Below are positions 34,334 to 44,052 of a DNA stretch of 44,052 bases, piece by piece. Numbering within the stretch: position 1 is the first letter of the stretch; every line of letters starts with the position of its first letter. The position numbers and the translations under genes were made by a program. The DNA is taken from positions 22,913-66,964 of the forward strand of contig NMRA01000761.1 of assembly GCA_002633005.1 (NCBI GenBank), given 5' to 3'. This stretch comes from Phoronis australis. Lineage: Eukaryota > Animalia > Phoronida. Below the pieces are notes generated by a model. It made no database searches. It was not told the DNA's origin and saw only the letters and a program-made list of their open reading frames with translations.

Positions 34334-37279
34334 GAAATTCCTTGACCCGAGTGGCATACCATGCAGTATTATAGTGTATTGGGGACAATCGGAAGTTGAG
34401 GATGCCTGTAAGCTAGGCCAGGTAAAACATGGCAGAGAAGATTTCAGGCACAGTTGCTTTTGAGGGTACTTTCCCGCTTTTTGAAACTCTGTTCTGCTAC
34501 AGCATCAAAATGTCCTGGTGTTTTGCGTACACAGTGATGCTCACAAAGAGTACTGTACTGGTGTACTCATGACTGTTGTCATGGCAATGGCACCATAGAC
34601 TATAGGTGAGGACTTCCAACTCTCATCAGAGCACGTGGCGGACCAAAGGACATAAGCACTGACGATGAGAGGGTGCTGCACAGGCAGGATAGAAAACTTC
34701 CGGTTTTACGGAGCGGCTGATCACTTGTTTCAATATTTGGTTAAGCAAATAGTCGAATTGCTCAATTTTTCAAATTTTTTAAGACTTGTAAAAATAAAAT
34801 GCATGTATTGTTCTCCAACATGCCATTTATAAACATTCGCTAGGTAATTCAGCCCTGTTATGAGTTATTAGCGCCAGAAACATCTTCAGCTGATCTTCCC
34901 GTGTATGCACTTTCAATCGCATCAGCTGATTTTTTATGCAAGTAGTGTTAGTGTTTTTTTTAAATTCAGTACCGTACAAATCAACTTATAAAAATAAGCA
35001 CAAGTATTAACCAACAGCTTTGTTCCAGGGGGAAGGGCCCAAGGCTAACATTGACATAGGGCAACCATTTGCAAAACCTGAGTGTCAAAACTTGCTGTCA
35101 CAATTACAATAGGCCAAAAGTACATTGTAAGGCAACATCTGACCATAGTTATGATTATGCAAAATTGGTTCAGTACACGATACTTGTCACTGTTATCAAC
35201 CTTTATTCCATTCCGTTCGTATCCTCGGAACAAAGTTCGACACTCAACAGAACATTGTCAAAGCACCGGACCAAGAGACTTGATTAAAAGACTCATTACT
35301 TCGAAACATACTCATTTCATTCTTAAGTGGAAATAAAATGAGGCAATAATACCACCACAGAGCAAAAGCTAGTAAAATACACAGTGGGACATAGCAGGTG
35401 TGATATACTGCAAAAACTGAAAAGTGGAGGGCGGCCGTAATAGGGATGTCGCGCAAACAAATGCAGCGTGACCCTGTTTGTCAGTCATTTAAAACAGGGT
35501 TCTCGAATACTACCAAAATGGACTACCTGTGATGATTTCGTGCAAAAGGTTAATTAGTACATTTTAATTAAAAAACATTGAATTAGTAGCAAAAGACCAA
35601 TGTAGCTGAAGTACTGCAAGAGCTTGAATCATTTTGAGTTGAGTTGGTATCTTAGTCACAACAAACAATCTAATACTAGAAATTCACACTAACTCAACTT
35701 CTGTCGAGTTGCCAGACAAAAATTTCTTAAAAGATATCATTAAAAAAATTAGTGTGTTGTACTTTGCAAACATTCCACTATGACATCATATAAAACAAAA
35801 AATTGTTACTTAATGCAATTCACAGAAAATTAACATTAAAAAATCAAAAAAATGTAAATTCTGTGCGTACGTCCATCACACCCCTTTGAAGGAAATTTTC
35901 GCATTCAGATAAAAAGATCTAGGGGAAAAGTTGATACCGGCTATGAAAGCTGTCAATGAGACCTATCGATTGATGTATTATTTTCCGAGGTTGAACGTTT
36001 TTTTCACAATTTATCAAAATGTACTGTGATTGTACATCTGTCACAAATGGAATTGCCCATATAAATAACGGCTCGAGATAAACCACAAGTAACTAAGAAA
36101 TAAATATAAGAATGAAAACCAAAACCTTACGTGACGAGTTTGGTAGTGATCAAAAATATTTTGCACACTCTTTTCGACTATAACACAAAAGGGGACACAC
36201 CTAGGTGTGCAAAACAATGATTAATGGATGCAGGTAGGGTTAGCTTTGGATCTCTCTGACGAGAGCACCACAAGGCAGACCATGGATCGCGATCCTTCGA
36301 TTTTGTGACTGAATATCGGCCCCATTCCCTTCAGACAGATATTGAAAATCATGCGAAATTCCCCCTCAGGTGATCGTAAAACTTCGCTCGAGGTTTGAAT
36401 TACATTTAACCCACACAGTTGACAATTTGAAAGAGCATAAAACGTTAGTTTTGGCTACGCGAGGCAGAGCCTATAAGGACTTGTAACTGGTTGGGAGGTG
36501 CTGTTGTTGGTGACCAGGGGTTAGAATTTCCCCTCACCCCAAAAAATTCTCCTCTCAGAAGGCACATGCACCTTTTTCCTCTGATGACAGAGAGCCCTGC
36601 AAACACGAAATATTAGATCATCTATATTGTAAAATATGTCTTTGTTGCATCAAGAAAGCTTTGGCCAATGTCTCTCTACAATAAATGATTTCATAATAGT
36701 TTATAAATAACTATGTGAAAAGAATAATTATTTACAAAATGTTCAAATTGGAACTTGTGACCTCCTAACAAAGTTCATGCTACCAATGTTGCAGTCACTT
36801 TGGAAAAATGGACGTTTTTCGAAAGATTACCCACAGGGGCAGCTTCAATGTCTAGTTTAGAGAAGAAAATGACAACCAATTTCCAGGTGGCCATGCTAAT
36901 ACAGCCAGACCAAACCAAACATGATCCATCTGTCGTCAGTGGTGGTGTTCATCCACTGAAAACCTGTTGGATGAAATCTTAGCTCTACGGCATGAGCAAA
37001 GACCTAAAACAGAGTTTGAAATTCATGACAATGGGAAGTATGTTTTGTCGGCTGAAGAGCAATGGAGATTTCTCTTCATAATATCTTCAAGGTGACAGGC
37101 AAGTTTTAGCATGGAGAAAGCCATTTGAAATTAATTAATTATGATTTACTTGGAAACTGTTACGTGCTTAAAGGGCTTGAGAATTTCTTAGCAACTCAAA
37201 ACTACTCTGTTGAAAGTAAATGCATGGCCGTCATTTGGCCATTAATTAGGTTGTCATTTATATCTTTGCTGTCATGTGC

Positions 37280-37480
37280 TATAAAAAACGAGATGCACCT
37301 TTCCAAGTCGCATAGTCTGCCGGGACTGCTTGCATGCAAACAACGCAACCGGCCAGTACCGCAGTGTGATATCGGGTATGTTGTCTCGGGTGTTGTTGTA
37401 ATTTGATAAGAAGGATATCTTACATGAAAAATAGATACGCTTTTCCACCATTGAGTTTAGTAAGTTGTTCATTTGGAATT
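37280..37480 (+). repeat. Old interspersed repeat with a diverged copy at ~40257-40475
   Basis: Shared ataaaaaacgaga, tttccaagtc, ccgcagtgt, catgaaaaata and ttttccacca blocks in the same order. Confidence 0.6.
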
Positions 37481-38933
37481 AGTCAGGATTTTGTATCCTT
37501 TCAAGCAATCGTTTTTCTGTTGCTGTGGAAATCCTGACAAGTAGTTTAGCCAATGAATCCACTCTGCTCTTAAGCTTGTTTAAATGGCGGATAACCTAAA
37601 TGAACATAGGCATAGTAGTGCAACATTATTGAGTCTTCATTTTTGATTGGCCTTACCATACGTACAAATTCTATTCAAATCTATCAGTCGTAATACAGTT
37701 GTGTCCTATTGGGACCCCCTCTTTGATAAGTGTTGAAAGTCATAGATTTCACTAGTGCAGACATAACACAACCTGTTCTGTGAAACATTATCTCTGATGT
37801 ACATGCATTGGTGCCTAATTGTCACATAGTGTCTATTGATTATTTAACGCTAGTTTTGTGCTATCGTTAATTAGTAGGGACGGCTAGGTCTAGGCAAACA
37901 GAAAGAAAACCTTGACTGCTTGTCACATATGGAATAATTAATCAATGGTTTGGTTCTAACTTATTGAAAATTGTTATTTTAAAACATTTTATTTTGTCAA
38001 TTGTCACTTTTGGATGCCTTTTATGTAAAAGGGTATGGTAAAATCTAACCAGCTTCGGACACTAAATGTTGACAAGGTTAAATTTTATCTTCAATTTTTT
38101 CATTGAAGGTTAGTAACAGCAAATAAATGCTGTATTGTGTTTAGAGACCTGTGCTATAGACACCATCTGACAATAGTTCTGAGAAATTGCAGACATACAA
38201 AACAATGCTAAAAGTGTTTTGAAAAAATGACAAAAGACCAAATTTGGCAATTATTTATGTCGAAAGTTGTGAGATTTCACTGTAATACACTCATTCAAAG
38301 GTTGTGTAATTATTGAGGAAAGGTTTAAGTGAATATAATTGAGATTCTCTTAGTTGATTTAAACTAGTTAACTACAACAATAGTTTAGTTTCTTAATTAA
38401 ATAAGTTAAATAACTAATTTATTGATTAGTTGTGTAAAAATTTAAAAATCTATCGTGGCCTATCAGGTGAAAATAATTTTGCATTCGGAGTCAAAGACGC
38501 AGAGGCTATGATACTTAGTGTTTCAAAATCATTACATGCTTCATTTTACAGCTACATTTCTCCCTGTTTTGCTGGCTTAAACGGAAATCGAATTGGTAAA
38601 ACTAATCTCGTGGTGACAAGTTCTACTTACCATCATGACTGGATTGTGTTTCCGTTACCAGCAGTGCTGGGCCTATTTTAGAAAGTGACTTAAGACTTGA
38701 GACAGAAATTTGGTCCTACGATCCCACTTCTTAATTGCTGAGAATTGTGTAACAAGTAATTATGTGCACATATGTAAAAGTGTGGAAAACAGAACTTATC
38801 TTGGTAATGGTTGGTTATGGTCGGTTGTGAACCAGTTTTGTCTACTGAATAAGGGGCATCACATTGGTTCTCAAAATACAGGCACATTGTATCCAACAAT
38901 TACCCTTTTCTCAGTTACTAGCAGTTATACCTA

Positions 38934-41307
38934 CCGTAATCGTTCGGGTTAACGCCCATGCTCAGTTAACCGCCCATCCCCGACTTAAAGTGGATTTTCG
39001 ATTTAACCGCCCACTGCTCGGTTAAGCGCCACCCTGCGATTTTTGAAGATTTCCAGTTAAGCGCCCACCTCTCGGTTAAGCGCCCATCCCCGACTTTTAA
39101 AGAATGAAGATTTAGCGCCTAGTGCTAAGGAAATGCGCGATTCCTCGACTTTTAGAAAAAGATCGATGATCACAATGAGTGCAACGACGCCGGGACTCCA
39201 AGACGGTGGTTTAGCAATCTGAATTACAATACGAGGTAACGAGTTATTGTCTTGGGTCATGAACTCACTTCAAAATATAATACCTGAACCTTTTTGTCAC
39301 TTTATTGTCTTCCCTTGTTTGCACAGTTTAAGAACGCCGCCGGCGTCAAAACCTCCGCTTTCAGCGACTTTGCCGTGCTGAGTTTCCGTCTGCAGTGCAC
39401 TAGATAAAACATATATTCGAAAAAATCAGGCCAGAGAAATATGACAATGGTTTTGCCAGCCCTCCAAATTCTATTAAGGTGGGAAGCTCTCGTATTTTGA
39501 ATAAATCTCACAACTTACGGAAACATGTCAAATTCTCAATATTTTGATGAATATAACTGCCGGGTTATAGAGGATGTGGGGCGACCGAAGGGACCGTACA
39601 ATTGCCTTACTGGGTTACCGATTTCGTTGCTGCCTGTCGATTTCTGAATTCAAACGTTGGCAATAATGTATGTTTTGGTATAATCTTGAAGTAAAAAAAA
39701 AACGGCTAGTCAAATTTTGTTTTTCGCTTATTGCATCTCTATCAAACTGGTTAGCAGATTTAACTAATGTCGCTTGCTGTTCTTTACTATTCTTGCGTCA
39801 GCCTGCACGTAAGCATGACTGTGTGAATTATCGTTTCCGCATCCCCTTTTTAGCCATCCAGAATAATTTTGTTTATACATTGGCCATTTTCAGCCTGAAC
39901 AAAAACTCTTACCATTCGAGTCTGAAATATCTACGACGTAGACTGCTTGACGATAATGGGTAGGAGATTCACACAGCTAGTTACAGGGATGGGCTTAGGG
40001 TGCATCGAGCCGGGAAATATGGCAAGAGACTTGACATCGCAGTTTTGGGGAACATTGGCAACGGAAGAATATCGTAAAGAACTGGGTCTTTCGTAACAAC
40101 AGCTTAAAAGCCCGTTTTTGTTATTCGGACTGTGGCTATGTGTGGCTGATTTGTAGTGGTGCATGTGCGCAAGTTCCCACACTTTGGTGTGCATGTTACC
40201 TTGACACCAACATGTGATTGACAGGTGACACATGAATACCCGCCACTATCTTTGGCCATAAAAAACGAGAGGCACATTGAAAGAGGCCGTTATATTACTT
40301 GACGGCATTTCCAAGTCACGATTATCAGCCGACTGAGACATTGCGCGATAACAGCGGGACCGAACAGTGCCGCAGTGTCATATTACAAGTGATATAAATA
40401 GGATAATCTGGACATCTTGCATGAAAAATAAATGTTTTTCCACCACGAAGTTTGGTAAGGTGATCGTTTAGAATAATGCATTGAAACATTGCTGTTTTCT
40501 GACATTTTGTAACATATTTATGCAGTTGCTTGAAATTTTATTCTTGATCGACGACTGGCTCGACCACCCCCGATCCTTGTCTTACTTCTTTGCATAGCAT
40601 GTTTGGCGCAACGGCAAGAGAGCAATGCCGGGCTGTCGAGATAAGACAGCTAGCCGCAGAACCATACGCTGAAAATGTCATTGAGTCACGGAGTGTCGAC
40701 TATAACATCCCAAACACAAAAAAACAGCAGAGTTAAGTTTTTCAAACTTTTATTACAACCAATTTTAAAACTGCTCTCTGACTCAGAACTTGACAGCTAC
40801 ATATAGTACGAGACTGTAACCATAAATTTGATGTCTGACCTCTGCAACACGTGAAGCTTGCACGCGCGCACTTAAGCAGGGTCACATCTTGAAACAGTTT
40901 TAATTCTAGTGGAGGCTGCGTTGTCACTGGTCGTCTGCGCACCGCAGGACGGCACAGGGCTATTACTCAGCAATTTTGTAAATTTAATAGTGAATGACTA
41001 ATCTGAGGGCAAGAGAACCTTTGTTGGGATCATCCGCTGTTATGATGTTTTCACAGTCATTTGGCGACGTGATGAAAAGGGCTACGCGTTCCGAGTATGA
41101 TTGTCGTGTCGGGATTTAGATCGCCAGGTAAGATTAACCGCCCAGGGTGGTTGTCTGTCGTAATAAGCGCCCATGTTCGGTTAACCGCCCATCCCCTACT
41201 TTAGGTGGATTTTCGATTTAACCGCCCACTGCTCAGTTAACCGCCCTCCCCCGATTTTTTGGATTCGCCAATTTAACCGCCCAGGGCGTTAACCCGAACG
41301 ATTACGG
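38934..41307. mobile_element. 2374-bp non-autonomous Tc1/mariner-superfamily (pogo-like) DNA transposon
   Basis: Perfect 24-bp TIRs CCGTAATCGTTCGGGTTAACGCCC, TA on both sides, subterminal TTAA(C/G)CGCCC arrays at both ends, and no recognisable transposase ORF. Confidence 0.9.
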
Positions 41308-43880
41308 TATATTCTCTGTGACTTTGGCTTTGTTCTCAAGTTAGGTTGAATTATATTTTGGAAATTGTCTTCTGAAGCAAAAGACTAAATTTCAGTTTCA
41401 AGTATTTACTTTGCTTTTCATGAAAAAGACCCTGAAGTATGCGCAAAAGGTTTCAAATGACAGTCAACTTTACATATTCTATTTTGCCCTTCACCTAAAA
41501 CCGTGGAACCGTGTTATAGAACTTATTAAGATTTTGACTGACAGTGATTACAGGTGTATCATAATTAAATTCATTGATTGGGTGCCACAGGACTGTTATT
41601 GACAGGGGGTTGTGTGTACTTTGTCTTCTCCAGGCAATGTTTTAATGATATACCTTCTGGTAATGTTGTGCATTCATTTTGTACAAAAATGTTTGACGAA
41701 ACTGTCATTTTCATTTATTTGAAGAGTGAAACTTTAATTCAAGTAATTTATTAAACTTCACCAGCTATCGTTTTATGACATCTATATTGTACAATATGTG
41801 CCAGTAATAGACTCAAGTTTTCTTAATCTGTATTTTTATAGAGAATATTGACAAAATGTAATTTCACTTGTCATCCATGTTGTGTGCTACATAAGCCAAG
41901 ATGACAATTTGAAGGAACGCAAAAGGTTGTTTTGGCTACTTGAGGCAGAGCCTATGAAGATTTGCAACAGGGTAGGGGCTGGTATGGATAGTCGGGGCTC
42001 GACGTTATTAAAATCGCCAGATCGCATTTTGCGACCTAGCCAAAATCCCAGGTCCTATTTTCAAAATCCAGCTCGCATTCATAAATGCCAGGTCCCAAAA
42101 TTTTCTCCCCATTTTCCCCTGCCAAAATGGATTTTTAGATCATCGACAAAATGTTTAGATTATGCTCTTACCTGCAGCGCTAAATACTCACAAATTTTAG
42201 ATTGCAAAATTGACATTGTTCATGCAGGTACGGCGTTCTTTACGACCGCCGTTTAAAGGCTCTAGAGCGCAAGGCAAGTTGCGGACGTGAAAGTTGAATC
42301 AGTGCTCTCTAACTGACACGTGCATTCGAGTAGCTAAATTTTCTATGTGAGAAGGGAGAAAATGCCCATTGAAAAAGTATTTTGCGAGGTCTGATCTGCT
42401 ACTGGTTTTCATCAAAGTCATTAAGCAACCAAACTTACTCGGAGTGCAAATTCTCTCCACTGTTTGTTCGCAGCCCAAATTTTGCCACTTAACTCGACGT
42501 TTGAAAAACATCAGTCGCAAAAAATCTGTGAAACGATGCACTAACCAAATGACCTATTTGGATGCTAGGGAACAGTTCAGTGCAAATTTCACAACAAAAA
42601 TGTACTTGTGCTGTTTACGTACTCAAAAATTAGTTTTCCATGAAATCAATAGCTTCGAAATAATTCCCGACTCCCTACGCGCGGGTTTCCATCGGTCTAA
42701 TGGTGAGTTTACTCCTCAATACCTTCCAAGTACAGGAAAAATAGGTGAGTCACAAAACGACATGCACGTCAGTAGTGATAACTTTCTTTCGGAGGTATAA
42801 AACAAAGCCGGGATTTGGTTGTACATAATATTGAGAAAAAACGTTTTTTGAAAACTGGATTTGTTGTGTAAACATGCGCGCACCCAGCCTAAAATACATG
42901 TATAGGGGGCTCGAATTCTTCGATATGCGGACCTTTCATTGAAAAAATCAATGAGGACTATAAAAAACGGGGCCACTTGGTTCAGGCCTGCCAATCGTGC
43001 ATCCGCTGTGGACTTTGTGGACTTTTGTCTCGTTTACTTATTATTTCACTGGGGCGGACCTTTTTGCCCAATTCGCCAAATTGGGCCCGAGCCCCTCCCT
43101 GGTAAAATGAGATTGACAAACCGTATCAGCTGCATGTTAATTTTAAACCACGCGCGGTCGTTTGTAGTGCGCTATGATGGGCGCTAGTCTGAACCGTGGG
43201 CGCTTAATTGGAAATTCTCAGAAGTTGAGAGGGAACGCTTAGTAGATCAGTGAGCGCTTATGAAACACTTCAAAGGTAGGGAGTGGACTTGTGCATGAGC
43301 ATTGGTCGTTAACCTGATCGAGTGTTTGCGATGATAAGATATTAAAAGACTGCAATGGTAAGAAATGTTATAATACGATGTTGAGAGGCAAACTCCATCT
43401 AGTAGGGGTGACTTCCTGGATATCGTTACCACCTACACTGTACCCTTTTTAGCCAGCCGGAATAATTTTGTTTTTAGTTGCCCGTTTCAGCCAGAACAAG
43501 ATTGTTTCTGTTGGAGTCTGAACATTTTAGGGCGACGGTGGTCCGGGTAGTGAAAAGTTGCCATTTATATCAGTTGAATTACCAAAGTCAAGTTTTACTT
43601 GTGTCTATCTGTACATAGCCATATTGATTGGAACAGGTGTGGTCTTCCTGGTGTCCACCTGTGGCTTGACATCCTTGGCACAAACAGCTGCAGCCACCCA
43701 ATTGTTGATTCAGGAAGTCTGTTAATTCAGGAAATCTGTCAGTTTGTGATGAGTGGTTTCTGAACTTGGAAGTAGCTGACAGTTCATTGCCCTTAATCCC
43801 TCGATTCTGGGGCAGAATAGTGATCCCATTCCCTTCTGAAGAACATTGAAAAATCATGCGAAATTTCCCATGTGCTACCC

Positions 43881-44052
43881 AAAATTCCCCTCAAGTGATT
43901 GAAAAATTCCCCTCAAGTGATTGAAAAATTCCCCTCAAGTGATTGAAAAATTCCCCTCAAGTGATTGAAAAATTCCCCTCAAGTGATTGAAAAATTCCCC
44001 TCAAGTGATTGAAAAATTCCCCTCAAGTGATTGAAAAATTCCCCTCAACTGA
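43881..44052. repeat. 22-bp minisatellite (aaaaattcccctcaagtgattg), ~7.8 copies, running to the window end
   Basis: Directly visible near-perfect tandem units. Confidence 0.97.

Noticed and set aside
41993-43095. hAT-like element with ggggctcg / cgagcccc ends
   Set aside because: Only about 8 bp of inverted match and no TSD found, so the boundaries are unsupported.
43588-43857. Minus-strand 89-aa Cys-containing ORF as a terminal exon
   Set aside because: It has a possible acceptor but no recognisable domain, contains an internal 17-bp duplication, and overlaps a dispersed repeat.
43881-44052. CRISPR or telomeric repeat
   Set aside because: Head-to-tail 22-bp units with no spacers, and not a known telomere motif.

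Overview
AT-rich, intron-containing animal (invertebrate-like) genomic DNA, not prokaryotic. Most ORFs in the supplied track are spurious. One gene can be rebuilt by hand: a minus-strand TTF1-like gene (RNA Pol I transcription termination factor 1, Reb1/TTF1/DMTF1 Myb family) with 9 coding exons (22284 down to 9882, 775 aa), GT-AG introns in consistent phase, and a long Lys-rich repetitive N-terminus. The rest is mostly transposon-derived: two decayed non-LTR fragments, a 2.4-kb TA-flanked TIR element, many MITEs (3-, 5- and 8-bp TSDs), a Helentron-type element, and a terminal 22-bp minisatellite. There is also an N-bounded near-identical duplication (probably two haplotypes) and a 993-N gap. 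The two most interesting structures are (1) a complete 539-bp miniature LTR retrotransposon (TRIM) at 23848-24386 whose LTRs each carry a tRNA-like Pol III A/B-box cassette, with a tRNA-Ser primer-binding site and a PPT, and (2) an intronic ~145-bp satellite arranged as a 3-mer higher-order repeat, with a CTCF-like motif in each monomer. All calls are from manual reading; no searches were run.
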